The notes: generated by a model from the letters alone, not told the origin. Counted from the first letter of the stretch, positions 47,870 through 61,609 are shown. The stretch: DNA of 64,000 bases from Terriglobia bacterium (GCA_965223005.1 CBDCVK010000010.1:992001-1056000), one strand, 5' to 3'. Numbers and translations: made by a program.

Positions 47870-48745
47870 ATGCCATTCTGCTCTAACTGTGGTTCGCCGA
47901 TGGAAGGAAACTTCTGCGCCAAGTGCGGGACGCGCACGGGGTCGACCGCCACGGCGGGCAGCCCGCCCCCGGCAGCGACCCCCATGACCACCACGTCCGG
48001 CCCGGGGGCGCCGCAAAAGAAAAAGGGACCTCTGTTCTGGATCCTGGTGGTGGTGGCGGCACTTTTCGTGCTTACCAGCATCGCTGTCATTGGCGGCGGG
48101 TTGTTCGTTGCTCAGAAGATCAAGCAAGCCGGCTTCGATCCGGAGCTGGCAGAGAAGAACCCGGGGCTGGCGGCGGCCAAGATGATCGCCGCAATGAACC
48201 CTAACGTGGAAGTGATCTCTACCGACGAGGACAGCGGCACCGTCACCTTGCGGGATAAGAAAAGCGGCGAGACCGTGACGATGAATTTCGAGGACGTTAA
48301 GAAGGGCAGGATTGTCTTCGAAGGAAAAGGCGGCGAGAAAGTCGAGATCCAAGGGCAAGGCCAGGGCTCCTCCGAGTCGCTTCGTGTAGACTCCGCTGAG
48401 GGCTCCATGGTTTTCGGCGCCGGTGCCGGCAAGCTTCCAGCCTGGTTGGCCGCTTATCCGGGAGCTGAGGCGACCGGTGGCGCGACCATGCAAGGTCCGG
48501 AGGGCGAGGGTGGAACGGCAGGGTTCAAGACCGGCGACTCCCCCGAGCAGGTTGCCGCGTTCTACGAGCAGCAGCTCAAACAAGCCGGGATGAAGACGAC
48601 CAAGAACGTCATGGACCAGGGTGGAGGGGTCAAACTCATCAGTCTGCACGGCGCCGATGACGCCAGAAAGCGAACCGCCACCATCGTGGTTACCGTCACC
48701 GACGAGGGCACGGCCGTCGCTGTGACCCACCAGAGCAAGAAATAG
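47870..48745 (+). CDS. Zinc-ribbon domain membrane protein
   Basis: FCSNCG...FCAKCG, TM helix; AAGGAG RBS. Confidence 0.85.
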   Translation: MPFCSNCGSPMEGNFCAKCGTRTGSTATAGSPPPAATPMTTTSGPGAPQKKKGPLFWILVVVAALFVLTSIAVIGGGLFVAQKIKQAGFDPELAEKNPGLAAAKMIAAMNPNVEVISTDEDSGTVTLRDKKSGETVTMNFEDVKKGRIVFEGKGGEKVEIQGQGQGSSESLRVDSAEGSMVFGAGAGKLPAWLAAYPGAEATGGATMQGPEGEGGTAGFKTGDSPEQVAAFYEQQLKQAGMKTTKNVMDQGGGVKLISLHGADDARKRTATIVVTVTDEGTAVAVTHQSKK

Positions 48746-48767
48746 CGCCGCCTCGTCCCTGGAATTC

Positions 48768-49325
48768 TTATTTGAAGGCGTCGCCACGATCGCAAACGGC
48801 CTCGCCTTTGACCGTCACCTGCGCTCGATCTTCTTTGCCTTCACTCTTGTCGTACGCCGTGAACTCGAACCGGACCTTGACCTGGTCGCCGAACTCGAGA
48901 AACTCCGCCTCTCCTTGCGTGTCATGGGAGAAAAGCATTCTCGGTCCGGTAAACGATCCCCCCAGCGTGTTCTTCCTGTTCAGATAGCTAAATTGCACGG
49001 GATACTTGCCCGGCTTGGGGTCAAACTTTCGCGAGAAGAACAGGTTGACGCCGTACGTCCTCTTCAGCCGCTTGACCGCCGCGGGCGAGGAAACCATGTT
49101 CAACGCCCAAATATTGCGCCGGTTCTTGATCAGAGTAGCCGTTGCGTCATCCACAGCCACAGTCACGTCGCCTGCGACCTCGAAGTACGTGGATGATCGC
49201 TGGGCGGGCGGCGGGGAGCTGGCGCTCGCGGACGGGCGCGCGTATTGCGAGCCCTGCGGCGAGCCGTCGGATTGACAGCCAATAAAGAGCCCGAACAGCA
49301 CGAAGACGAGAAAGGACTTGCGCAT
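48768..49325 (-). CDS. Hypothetical lipoprotein
   Basis: Signal peptide with FIGC lipobox. Confidence 0.72.
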   Translation of the reverse strand: MRKSFLVFVLFGLFIGCQSDGSPQGSQYARPSASASSPPPAQRSSTYFEVAGDVTVAVDDATATLIKNRRNIWALNMVSSPAAVKRLKRTYGVNLFFSRKFDPKPGKYPVQFSYLNRKNTLGGSFTGPRMLFSHDTQGEAEFLEFGDQVKVRFEFTAYDKSEGKEDRAQVTVKGEAVCDRGDAFK

Positions 49326-49558
49326 CTGAGGCCTCCGACCAGGAGGCTACCGGAGCCTGGCTCGTGGGTCAATCCAAAGCAGCCTGCGGGCTGTCGCTCA
49401 GCCAGGTCAGGCAGAGCGTGCGAGCAGGCGTTTGCCAGGACTTACATGGACGTCGCTGGTCCCTCCCGCGTCCAACGCGAAAAGCTTTCAGCAAGCAAGG
49501 CAAGCCAACTACGACACCGTGGCGAAATGCACGTTACACTTGGGCGCCGGAGGCAAAG

Positions 49559-49882
49559 ATGAGTCAACAACGAACCGTGATGCAGGAGATTGCTCCACGC
49601 CTGGCGGAGCTGAGCACCCAGGTATTGTTCGGCGACATTTGGGAACGTCCGGGCCTGTCCAAGCGCGAGCGCAGCCTGATTACCGTGGCGGCGCTAACGG
49701 CCCTTTACCGCACCGATCAACTGCGCAGCCATGTCCGGAGGGCTCTGGCAAATGGGGTCACGAAAGAAGAGATCGGCGAGGTCATCACCCACATGGCTTT
49801 CTACGGAGGGTGGCCCACAGCGGCCAATGCGGTTCAGGTGGCCAAGCAGGTGTTCGACGAGGCCGGACCGGGCAATCCCTGA
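49559..49882 (+). CDS. Carboxymuconolactone decarboxylase family protein
   Basis: LFGDIWERPGLSKRERSLITVA, HMAFYGGWP; GGAGG RBS. Confidence 0.92.
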   Translation: MSQQRTVMQEIAPRLAELSTQVLFGDIWERPGLSKRERSLITVAALTALYRTDQLRSHVRRALANGVTKEEIGEVITHMAFYGGWPTAANAVQVAKQVFDEAGPGNP

Positions 49883-50238
49883 CGGCCCGTTACTGCCACC
49901 GCGCAGGGCAGGCGTCAATCTCCCGATGCCGCGCGTGGGGAAGGGTCTTCCCGCCTTCGTGGCCGGAACCTCGCGGGGTAGTCGGCTGCCGAGTGCAGGC
50001 GGCGCTTCGCGCCCCTTGCACATGATTGCCTGCGCCGCTCGGCCTCGCCCCCGAGCCTCAGCACAATACGTTTCCGACCCGTGCGGTGGTCCCTCCGGCC
50101 GAATCCATATGTTCAACGCCACCCCTTCGCCCATGACCACCTACGAAAGCTGACTGTAGCAAAGCAGCTTCCGTTGCTCCATCCACGCCGGCGGCGAAAA
50201 GCGTCGCGCGGCCTGCCGTGATAAAATAGAAAGAAGAG

Positions 50239-53127
<2,889 letters not shown>

Positions 53128-53253
53128 CCCCCAAGGCTCAGAGGCCCCGGCCCCGGTTCCCGTTTCCCGCAGCTGTCCATCTTTCCCAAAGCCGCGCGCG
53201 TCTTTGCCGAAGCTTTCCCGAAGCTGGCCCGAAACTGAAGATTGGCACAGGCG

Positions 53254-53282
53254 TGGACGCTTGTCGCCACTTCTGCTAAATT
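53254..53282 (+). promoter_or_regulatory. Putative promoter of ftsAZ
   Basis: TGGACG-17nt-TAAATT with TGn extension. Confidence 0.5.
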
Positions 53283-53318
53283 GCAATAAGTAGTCGGAAG
53301 GAGCACTCAACGGGCGCA

Positions 53319-54536
53319 TTGGCCAGCAAGCAGAAGCACCTGGTGGCGCTGGACGCAGGCAGCGTCAAGACGTGCGCGCTGGTGGCCGAGGTCACGGCCA
53401 CCGGCAAGCTCAGATGCCTGGCGCTGGGACGGGTCGAATCCAGGGGCTGGCGCAAGGGCCTGATCATCAATCTGGACGCGGTTGTCTCTTCCATCCGCAG
53501 AGCTGTTGAACAAGCCGAGCACGCCATCGGCGCACCAGTGGAAAGCGCGGTCATGGGTTTGGGGGCCTCCCAGCTGAAGGGGGTCAACAGCCGGGGGGGC
53601 ATCAACATTTCTTCCCGCCATCGAGAGATACAGCGCGAGGATGTGCGCAAAGCGGTGGAGGTAGCCCGCACGATCCCGCTGCCGTCGGATTGCACCGTGT
53701 TACACGTCGTGCCCCAGGAATTCTTGCTGGATTCCCAGGATGGCATCCGCGACCCGGTGGGGATGATCGGGGGGCGGCTGGAGGTCAACGTGCACATCGT
53801 AACGGCCGCCTCCGGCGCTGTTACCAACCTGGTGACTGCCGCGAACCGGGCCGGCTTAGTTGTGGAGAAGACCGTGCTGGAACCGCTGGCCGCCTCGGAG
53901 GCCGTGCTAAACAGTGATGAGCGGGAGCTTGGGGTGGTGCTGGTGGACATCGGGGCCGGTTCGACGGATGTAGTAGTCTTCCGCCAGGGGGCACTCCAGC
54001 ACTGCGTCACCATTATGATCGGAGGTGATCATTTCACCAATGACATCGCAGTCGGCCTTCGTACCCCCATCCCCGATGCGGAGAAGATCAAACGCAGCTT
54101 TGGCGTGGCAACTCACCTGCTGGCCGGAGAAAACACTTCCATTGAGGTGCCCAGCGTGGGCGACCGGCCGTCTCGGCTGATGCCCCAGCGCGCTCTGGCC
54201 GATATCCTGGAGCCGCGCGCCCAGGAAGTGCTCACCCTGGTACGGGACGAGTTGCGTCGCGTGGGTCTGGAGCGACAAGTGGGTGCGGGGGTAGTCTTGA
54301 CCGGCGGCGGCGCCCGACTGGCGGGGATGTGCGACGTCGCCGAGGAGATTCTGGACGTTCCAGCCCGCATCGGCCTACCGGCTAAACTGGATGGCGGACC
54401 AGAAACACTGGAGCACCCGGCCTACGCCGCACTGGTCGGCTTGTTGTTCTTCGCCCAACGCGTGCGCCAGCGCCAAGAATTCCAGCGGACGGGCCTGGGA
54501 CCCCGGATTCGGACCTTTTTCGCGGGCAAAGGATAG
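53319..54536 (+). CDS. ftsA: Cell division protein FtsA
   Basis: [30 protein letters not shown]. Confidence 0.96.
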   Translation: MASKQKHLVALDAGSVKTCALVAEVTATGKLRCLALGRVESRGWRKGLIINLDAVVSSIRRAVEQAEHAIGAPVESAVMGLGASQLKGVNSRGGINISSRHREIQREDVRKAVEVARTIPLPSDCTVLHVVPQEFLLDSQDGIRDPVGMIGGRLEVNVHIVTAASGAVTNLVTAANRAGLVVEKTVLEPLAASEAVLNSDERELGVVLVDIGAGSTDVVVFRQGALQHCVTIMIGGDHFTNDIAVGLRTPIPDAEKIKRSFGVATHLLAGENTSIEVPSVGDRPSRLMPQRALADILEPRAQEVLTLVRDELRRVGLERQVGAGVVLTGGGARLAGMCDVAEEILDVPARIGLPAKLDGGPETLEHPAYAALVGLLFFAQRVRQRQEFQRTGLGPRIRTFFAGKG

Positions 54537-54663
54537 GAGAGCGGAGATTGCGGACAGTCAGCTGACAAGACAAAGACACAAAGAGACGCAAGTGCATGAA
54601 GATTTTGTTTGTGTTCCTGTGCTCTTTGTGTTGTTTCTTGACTTCGGGCCCCGAGTTGGCTCT

Positions 54664-55878
54664 ATGGACGAAACCATCAAATTCAGTTTTGGCGACGAAC
54701 CGCGTGGCGGCGCGCGAATCAAGGTGATCGGGGTCGGCGGGGGAGGCGCCAACGCCGTCAACCGCATGATCTCGGTGGGCATGGAAGGCGTGGAATTTTT
54801 GGTGACCAACACCGACGCCCAGGCTCTCCGCCAGTCGCAGGCCCCGGTGAAGTTGCAGATTGGCTCCAAGCTCACCAAAGGACTGGGAGCCGGCGCCAAC
54901 CCGGACCTTGGCCGCCGGGCCGCGCTGGAGGATACCGATAAACTGATCGAAGCGCTGGAAGGCGCCGACATGATCTTCGTGACCACCGGCTTGGGCGGCG
55001 GCACGGGTACCGGCGCTGCGCCCATTGTCGCTTCGCTGGCCGGCGAACTGGGCGCGCTGGTAGTCGCCGTCATCACCAAGCCCTTTCCCTTTGAAGGCAA
55101 GCGCCGCATGCAGCAGGCCGAGGAAGGACTGGGCGCGCTGGCCGAAACTGTGGATACCGTCATCACCATCCCCAACGAACGCCTACTGTTGCTGGACCAC
55201 GGAACCAGTTTCTTTGAAGCTTTCCACATCGCCGACGACATCCTGCGCCAGGCTGTGCAGGGCATTAGCGACATCATCACCATTCCCGGCATCATCAACC
55301 GCGATTTTGCCGACGTAAAGGCGGTGATGCAGGGAATGGGCTACGCGTTAATGGGAACGGCGGTGGCCTCGGGGGAGAACCGGGCAGTGGAGGCGGCCAA
55401 CCGCGCCATTTCCAGCCCGCTGCTGGAAGATGCCTCGATCCAGGGAGCCAAAGGCATCCTGATCAACATCACCGGCTCCAGCGACCTAATGCTGCACGAG
55501 GTCCATGAAGCCTCCTCCATCATCCACCAGGCGGCGCACGAAGACGCCAACATCATCTTCGGCGCGGTGCTGAATGATCAGATGAAAGACGCGGTCAAGA
55601 TTACCGTGATCGCCACTGGGTTTCGCTCGGAAACCGTCGGTGGACGGAGCGCCGCAGCGGTTGCTACCACCGCGGCGAAGGCCACTCGAGCGCCCGAGGA
55701 GGCCTCGCCTCCTTCGCCGCCTCCGATTCGCACGGCCTCTCCGATGCCCGCGGCCCCGGTGTCCAAGGGCCAGGACGCGCGCCGGGAGGAATTAGTGCAC
55801 CAGCTCGATGGAGAGTTTGCCGAAGACGACCTGGATGTGCCCGCGTTCCTGCGCCGCAAGAAACCGGCTCCGGAGTGA
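54664..55878 (+). CDS. ftsZ: Cell division protein FtsZ
   Basis: [18 protein letters not shown]-terminal DLDVPAFLR. Confidence 0.98.
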   Translation: MDETIKFSFGDEPRGGARIKVIGVGGGGANAVNRMISVGMEGVEFLVTNTDAQALRQSQAPVKLQIGSKLTKGLGAGANPDLGRRAALEDTDKLIEALEGADMIFVTTGLGGGTGTGAAPIVASLAGELGALVVAVITKPFPFEGKRRMQQAEEGLGALAETVDTVITIPNERLLLLDHGTSFFEAFHIADDILRQAVQGISDIITIPGIINRDFADVKAVMQGMGYALMGTAVASGENRAVEAANRAISSPLLEDASIQGAKGILINITGSSDLMLHEVHEASSIIHQAAHEDANIIFGAVLNDQMKDAVKITVIATGFRSETVGGRSAAAVATTAAKATRAPEEASPPSPPPIRTASPMPAAPVSKGQDARREELVHQLDGEFAEDDLDVPAFLRRKKPAPE

Positions 55879-55939
55879 GAGGGCAGCGGTCGACGTTCCT
55901 CCTGTCCAGCAGTTCCAACTCAAGCACAGAAGGAAGAAT

Positions 55940-56722
55940 TCAAGAAACCGAAAGCATGTAGCGTTCAATGGAACGGGCGCGGCCGGTGGCTTCATCGGCG
56001 TCAAGGATCACTGCAGCAAGGCGCACATCGCCCCGGGCCGGCTCAAAGCGGACCGGCATGTGGGTGAGGAATTTTTGCAGAGCGATCTGGTGGTCTACGC
56101 CGATCACTGACTCGTAGGGGCCGGTCATCCCCACGTCGGTGATGTAGGCAGTGCCGCCGGGCAGTACGCGCTCGTCGGCGGTCGGCACGTGCGTGTGCGT
56201 GCCGATGACTGCGGTGACCCGCCCGTCGAGGAACCAGCCAAACGCCTGCTTCTCCGAGCTGGCTTCGCCATGGAAGTCCACGATACGAATGCGGCACTCG
56301 GCCGGCAACCGGGCCAGCTCCGCTTCGGCGGTTCGGAAAGGGGAATCGAGCGGCTCCATGAAAACGCGCCCGATCAGGTGCAGCACGGCATAAGGAACAC
56401 CGGCCTGCGTCTGGCCACAAAAGAGTCCGCGCCCCGGCGCCTGGCACGGGTAGTTGGCACCCCGCAGCAGCCGCGGCTGCTGACCCAAATAGTCCAGGAT
56501 TTCCTTCTTATCCCAGACATGGTTGCCGGTGGTCATTACCTCAATGCCTAGTTGAAACAGTTCTTCGGCCAGCCGCGGCGTGATGCCAAAGCCGGCAGCG
56601 GCATTCTCGCCGTTGGCCACGACCAGGTCAATTTTCTTGTTGGAAACGATGTCGGCCAGGTAATCAGCCACCGCCTTGCGGCCGGGACTGCCGTAAATGT
56701 CACCGATGAACAGGATTCGCAT
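55940..56722 (-). CDS. ymdB: TIGR00282/YmdB metallophosphoesterase
   Basis: IGDIYG, NGEN, GNH, DFHGE, GTHTH. Confidence 0.93.
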   Translation of the reverse strand: MRILFIGDIYGSPGRKAVADYLADIVSNKKIDLVVANGENAAAGFGITPRLAEELFQLGIEVMTTGNHVWDKKEILDYLGQQPRLLRGANYPCQAPGRGLFCGQTQAGVPYAVLHLIGRVFMEPLDSPFRTAEAELARLPAECRIRIVDFHGEASSEKQAFGWFLDGRVTAVIGTHTHVPTADERVLPGGTAYITDVGMTGPYESVIGVDHQIALQKFLTHMPVRFEPARGDVRLAAVILDADEATGRARSIERYMLSVS

Positions 56723-56807
56723 GATGGGAAGGTGTCAGGCCTTAGGTTTCAGATGCCAGGTGTCAGCCGGGAACGAAGGCGTCGGCGCCAGACCACGGAC
56801 ACCTGTC

Positions 56808-57113
56808 TCAGACGGCGGTTTTGCGGAGTTCGGTGTCCAGCAAGCGGCTGAACTCGGCGCTTTTCTCGCTCACTGCCGCCAGCAGCGCTTCATGCAGGTT
56901 TTTCAGGGAGTGATACTCGTCGGCAATGTGGAGCGCAGTGAGCACGGCCACCCGAAGCGAGTCCACGTCCCGAGTTTTTCCGGCGATCGCCCGCATGCGG
57001 GTGTCCACGTACCGGGCCAGCCGTTCCACCTGTTCCGGGTCAAAGTCGGTGCCCGGACGAATGTGGTAAACCTGATCGTAGATGACAACGCGAATTCCAG
57101 AAGTTTCAGCCAC
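56808..57113 (-). CDS. zapA: Cell division protein ZapA
   Basis: VVIYDQVYHI...LARYVDTRM...RVAVLTALHIADE; GTG start. Confidence 0.9.
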   Translation of the reverse strand: MAETSGIRVVIYDQVYHIRPGTDFDPEQVERLARYVDTRMRAIAGKTRDVDSLRVAVLTALHIADEYHSLKNLHEALLAAVSEKSAEFSRLLDTELRKTAV

Positions 57114-57194
57114 GGATTCGCCTTCTTTGCTGCCTGGTTCGCTTCCCCTGCTCAGCCCGTTCAAGGCAGGCGGCCGAAAGCGCGGGTCGCGCTA

Positions 57195-57485
57195 TTATCC
57201 GCCAGTTAGCTCCTTGGTCAATGAGTCTATCTGCCGCAGCAATTTTTCAACTCGCCGACGGACCTCTTCGCGCTCCTTGTGGGCTTCGGCCAGCTGCCGG
57301 CGCAGGGTTGCAACTTCCGCATCGTGCCCGGCCATCTCGGCGCGCACTTGTGCCGTCGTGGTTTCCGCCGCTTGGCGCGCCTGCCGCATCTGAGTCAGCA
57401 GCCGGATGGTATGGACGATCCGTTCCTCGAGCTCCTGGAGCTGCTCTAGAGTCTGCCGCTCGCCGCCAGGGGTCGTTTGGGCCAT
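57195..57485 (-). CDS. zapB: ZapB-like coiled-coil protein
   Basis: All coiled-coil 96 aa lying between pheT and zapA. Confidence 0.7.
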   Translation of the reverse strand: MAQTTPGGERQTLEQLQELEERIVHTIRLLTQMRQARQAAETTTAQVRAEMAGHDAEVATLRRQLAEAHKEREEVRRRVEKLLRQIDSLTKELTGG

Positions 57486-57488
57486 TTC

Positions 57489-59564
57489 TCATCTGTCCAG
57501 TTTAGGTTTCAGTTGCTCGGTCCGCAGGGTGGCGCCCAATTCTTGTTCCAGGGCGGCGCCAATTGCCCGGCTCCACTGGTTAACCTCAGAATCCGACAGC
57601 GTTTGCTCGAGGCGCTGGAACACCAGCCGCAAGAGCAGGCTGTACTTGCCTTCCGGCACCGCCTCGCCGCGGAAGATCTCCACCGGCCGAATCTCGGCCA
57701 ACTCCGGGATGCCCGGCCTTCGCGCAGCCTGCGCTACTTGCTCGAATGTAACACCGTCAGGAAGCAGCAAGGAAAAGTCCCGATCCACTGACGGCACGCG
57801 GGGCAAGGCTTCGTAGCGCGGCCGGCGCAACGGGCGTCCCCAGAGACGGTCCAGGAATAGTTCCGCCACCAGCACCGGCTGCCGCCACTTACGCGCAGCG
57901 GCGATCTTGGGGTGGATTTCTCCGAAACGCGCCACAGTTTCGCCATCCATGATCGCCTGCGCTGCCCGTCCCGGATGATAATAGTCCACGCCCGCGCCGG
58001 AATCAAAAGAAAGCCCGCGCTGCTCAAACCGCTCCAGCAAAGTTTCGACGTCCCCTTTCAGGTCATAGAAGCCGAGCTCGCGCGCCGGCGCGTGGACCGA
58101 CGGCTCGTCGGCCGGCCCGGACGCGGCCAGGCACAGCACCGGCGGCTCCTGGTAACCCTCGTCGGTTTCCCGGTAGATCTTGCCGATTTCGAACAGCCGG
58201 ATCCGCCGCTGGCCGCGATTCAGGTTCCACTCCACGGCGTTCAGGGCTCCGGGGACACTGGAGGTGCGCAGCACGCTGGCTTCCTCGCTGAGCGGATTCG
58301 CCAGGCGTACAGGCCGTTGCCCGGAGAATTGCCCGGCCTCGCGCAGCGAGATCAGGCTGAAGCAGATGGTTTCACTATAGCCCAACGCGCGTGCGGTTTC
58401 CCGCATGGTGCATTCTGCATCCCAGTGGGGCGCGCGACAGGACACCCCGGTCCAGACGGGCAGGCGGTTGGAAAAGCGTTGGTAGCCGAAGTGACGCGCC
58501 ACTTCTTCGATCAGGTCAATTTCGCGCTCTACGTCCAGCCGGAAACTGGGCGGCAGCGCCGTCCATCCCTCGGTGCCGTCGGCTGGCGCCACTTGGAAGC
58601 CGAGACGGCGCAGGATGCGCTCCACCTGTTCGGAAGGGACCGCTTCGCCCAGGATGCGGTCCAGTTCGCGCCGGCGCAGAGTGATCGGGGAGCGTGGTTG
58701 CCGCGCCGGGTAGACGTCGAGCAGCCCCCGCAGGATCTCCCCACCCGACACGGCCGAGATCAACTCGGCGGCGCGGTCTGCGGCCAGGCCGGGAATGGCC
58801 GGGTCGGCGCCACGCTCAAAGCGGTGACTGGCCTCGGTGTGCATCCCGAACTGTTTGGCTGTCTTGCGGATCGAACGCGGCTCAAGCCAGGCGCTCTCCA
58901 GCAGCACATTGCTGGTGCCCTCACGGATGCCGCTCTCCAATCCGCCCATGACCCCCGCAATGGCCACCGGACGCTCAGCGTCGGCGATGACCAAGTTGTG
59001 GGGCGCCAGCTCGCGTGTCACTTCATCCAGCGTAGTCACGGTTTCGCCGACCCTCGCGCGCCGAACGATAATCTTGCGCCCGGCCAGCCGATCCAGATCG
59101 AAGGCGTGGAGCGGATGCCCCAGCTCCAGCAGCAGGTAATTAGTGACGTCGGTGACGTTGTTGATCGGGCGCAACCCGGCTGCTTCCAGTCTTCGAGCCA
59201 ACCATCCGGGGGATGGACCCACCTTCACGTCCAGGATGACCCTCGCCGAGTAGCGCGCGCACAAGTCGGCGTCGGCGATTTCCACCGAAGCGAACGAAGC
59301 CGCGGACCGCTCGCCCTCCTTCGGCACGGCCTGGTAGGGCTTGAGGTCGCGATCGTAGATGGCTGAGGCTTCCCGCGCCACCCCGTAGTGATTCATGGCA
59401 TCGGGGCGGTTGGTGGTGATATCGGTCTCCAGCACCGTCTCACCGTTGTCCGTGCTGGCGAGGGAATCAATGGCGATGCCGGCCATCGTCAGGTCTTCTG
59501 CCAGTTGCCGGTCCTCGACCGGAATGTTCATGAACTCGCGCAGCCAGCTGGAGACCAAGAGCAT
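57489..59564 (-). CDS. pheT: Phenylalanine--tRNA ligase beta subunit (short form)
   Basis: TTNRPDA, RFERG, EIDLIEEVAR, RDFS FDX-ACB. Confidence 0.96.
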   Translation of the reverse strand: MLLVSSWLREFMNIPVEDRQLAEDLTMAGIAIDSLASTDNGETVLETDITTNRPDAMNHYGVAREASAIYDRDLKPYQAVPKEGERSAASFASVEIADADLCARYSARVILDVKVGPSPGWLARRLEAAGLRPINNVTDVTNYLLLELGHPLHAFDLDRLAGRKIIVRRARVGETVTTLDEVTRELAPHNLVIADAERPVAIAGVMGGLESGIREGTSNVLLESAWLEPRSIRKTAKQFGMHTEASHRFERGADPAIPGLAADRAAELISAVSGGEILRGLLDVYPARQPRSPITLRRRELDRILGEAVPSEQVERILRRLGFQVAPADGTEGWTALPPSFRLDVEREIDLIEEVARHFGYQRFSNRLPVWTGVSCRAPHWDAECTMRETARALGYSETICFSLISLREAGQFSGQRPVRLANPLSEEASVLRTSSVPGALNAVEWNLNRGQRRIRLFEIGKIYRETDEGYQEPPVLCLAASGPADEPSVHAPARELGFYDLKGDVETLLERFEQRGLSFDSGAGVDYYHPGRAAQAIMDGETVARFGEIHPKIAAARKWRQPVLVAELFLDRLWGRPLRRPRYEALPRVPSVDRDFSLLLPDGVTFEQVAQAARRPGIPELAEIRPVEIFRGEAVPEGKYSLLLRLVFQRLEQTLSDSEVNQWSRAIGAALEQELGATLRTEQLKPKLDR

Positions 59565-59651
59565 GGATCGTTAGTCCGGGGCCTAGAGTCCAAGGTCCAA
59601 AGCCGCAAGCCGCTCAACCTTGGGCCTTGGACTTTAGACGTTGGACCCTGT

Positions 59652-60743
59652 TTAGCGGAACTGTCGCAAGAATCTCAAATCCCCCTGGAAGAACAGTTGC
59701 AGGTCGTCAATGCCATAGCGGAGCATGGCACACCGTTCGACCCCCATGCCGAAGGCAAAGCCGGAATATTTCTCGGCGTCATAGTGGACGAAGGGATACA
59801 GTGCCGGGTCCACCATGCCGCAACCGAGTAGCTCAATCCAGCCCGAGTGCTTGCAGAGGCGGCAACCGCGGCCGTCGCAGCCGATGCAGGAGATGTCCAC
59901 CTCGGCGCTGGGCTCGGTGAAGGGGAAGAAGCTGGGGCGGAAGCGAGTCCGCACGTGCTCGCCGAAATAGCACTTCAAGAAATGGTCGAGCGTGCCTTTT
60001 AGGTCGCAGAAGGTGATGTGAGTATCCACGGCCAGCCCTTCCACCTGGTGAAACATGAAGGAGTGCGTGGCGTCGGGAGTATCGCGGCGATAGACCTTGC
60101 CCGGGACAATCACTCGCAGCGGGGGTGGCTGCCGCTCCATGGTTCGAATCTGCACGGGGGAGGTATGCGTGCGCAGCAGGTAGTCGCCGCTGACGTAGAG
60201 TGTGTCTTGTACATCGCGGGCCGGATGGCCGCGCGGGATGTTGAGAGCTTCGAAGTTGTAGTAGTCGCTCTCGATCTCCGGCCCCACTTCCACCGAGTAA
60301 CCCATGGAGAAGAAAATCTCCTGGATTTCCTCCAACGCCACCTGGACAGGATGCCGCGCACCGGGCGTGCGGCGCACGCCCGGCAGGGTGATGTCCAGGC
60401 GCTGGGCGGCCGGCAGGGCCGCCTCCTGCGCCGCTTCCAGTTCCCTGCGGCGGGTTTCCAGCGCCTCCCCAGCGTACTGCTTCAGCTCGTTGAGCAGCCG
60501 GCCGACGGAGCGCTTCAGCTTCGGGACCACCGGCTTAAGCCAGTTGTCGTTGGCCGCAGTCAGAATGCCCCGTTTGCGTCCCAGCCAGCGCACGCGAAAC
60601 TGCTCACCGTCGTCCGAGGCGGCGAGGTCGCGCAGTTCGCGGTCCATCTGCTCGCGCAACTTCTGGAAGAGCCGAGCGACTTCGGCTTCCTCGTGCACTC
60701 CTAGCTGGTCGAGCTTGCGGCGGACTTGCTCGTCAATTGGCAT
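59652..60743 (-). CDS. pheS: Phenylalanine--tRNA ligase alpha subunit
   Basis: LRTHTSPVQ, FHQVEG, FPFTEPS, FGMGVER. Confidence 0.97.
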   Translation of the reverse strand: MPIDEQVRRKLDQLGVHEEAEVARLFQKLREQMDRELRDLAASDDGEQFRVRWLGRKRGILTAANDNWLKPVVPKLKRSVGRLLNELKQYAGEALETRRRELEAAQEAALPAAQRLDITLPGVRRTPGARHPVQVALEEIQEIFFSMGYSVEVGPEIESDYYNFEALNIPRGHPARDVQDTLYVSGDYLLRTHTSPVQIRTMERQPPPLRVIVPGKVYRRDTPDATHSFMFHQVEGLAVDTHITFCDLKGTLDHFLKCYFGEHVRTRFRPSFFPFTEPSAEVDISCIGCDGRGCRLCKHSGWIELLGCGMVDPALYPFVHYDAEKYSGFAFGMGVERCAMLRYGIDDLQLFFQGDLRFLRQFR

Positions 60744-60835
60744 GGAAAATCAGCTCAGGTGGCATGGAGAATCAGACCAGGAATTTGCTGTGGCCCCTGC
60801 CAAGCTGAGGCGCGGGGAAAGCAGGCGTGCCGCGG

Positions 60836-61393
60836 CTAATCCTTGGTGCTACGTTTGCGAGGCGGCGCGGGTTTTCGCTTGGCCGCCGGAACTTCGCCAA
60901 CCGACGAGGGTTTTCGCTTGGCTGCCGGAGCTTGGCCAGCCGGCGTGGGTTTTCGCTTGGCTGCCGGAGCTTGGCCAGCCGGCGCGGGTTTTTGCTCGGC
61001 TGCCACGGCTTCGCCAGTAGGCGGTGCTTTTCGCGGTGCTGCCAGAGCAGTGCGGGCTTGCTCGGCAAGCGTGGCAAAGCCGGGAGCATCCCGAACTGCC
61101 AGGTCGGCCAGAATCTTGCGATCCAGTTCCACCCCGGCCAGTTTCAGGCCGTGGATGAACTGGTTATACGTAAGTTGATGCTGGCGGGCAGCGGCTCCAA
61201 TGCGGACGATCCACAAGGAGCGGAATTGCCTCTTCCGCTGGCGGCGGTCCCGGTACGCATACCGCAGTCCCTTTTCCACCTGCAGCCGGGCCGCCCTGAA
61301 GAGTTTGGACTTCGTGAGGAAATATCCGGAGGCCCGCTCGAGGATCTTCTTGCGCCTCTGCCGGCGCTTGCTTCCTCTTTTTACTCTGGGCAC
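60836..61393 (-). CDS. rplT: 50S ribosomal protein L20 with repeat-rich C-terminal extension
   Basis: MPRVKRG...[17 protein letters not shown]. Confidence 0.96.
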   Translation of the reverse strand: MPRVKRGSKRRQRRKKILERASGYFLTKSKLFRAARLQVEKGLRYAYRDRRQRKRQFRSLWIVRIGAAARQHQLTYNQFIHGLKLAGVELDRKILADLAVRDAPGFATLAEQARTALAAPRKAPPTGEAVAAEQKPAPAGQAPAAKRKPTPAGQAPAAKRKPSSVGEVPAAKRKPAPPRKRSTKD

Positions 61394-61414
61394 TGGGTTG
61401 CTCCTTTTGACTGT

Positions 61415-61609
61415 CTACTGCCCAAGCATGCGCGCCACGCGTTTGGCCTCAGCTCCCTCGACCAGCACTGCCGTTCCCAGCTTGCGCTTCCGCTTGCGCG
61501 ATTTCTTGCTCAAGATATGACGCGCAAAGGCGTGGCGCCGCACCACCTTGCCGGTTGCAGTCTTCTTGAAGCGCTTACGAGCGCCCCGATGCGATTTCAA
61601 TTTCGGCAC
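61415..61609 (-). CDS. rpmI: 50S ribosomal protein L35
   Basis: [21 protein letters not shown]. Confidence 0.97.
   Translation of the reverse strand: MPKLKSHRGARKRFKKTATGKVVRRHAFARHILSKKSRKRKRKLGTAVLVEGAEAKRVARMLGQ

Noticed and set aside
49694-50140. 148-aa minus-strand ORF
   Set aside because: Overlaps the CMD gene in antisense, low-complexity composition, no motif
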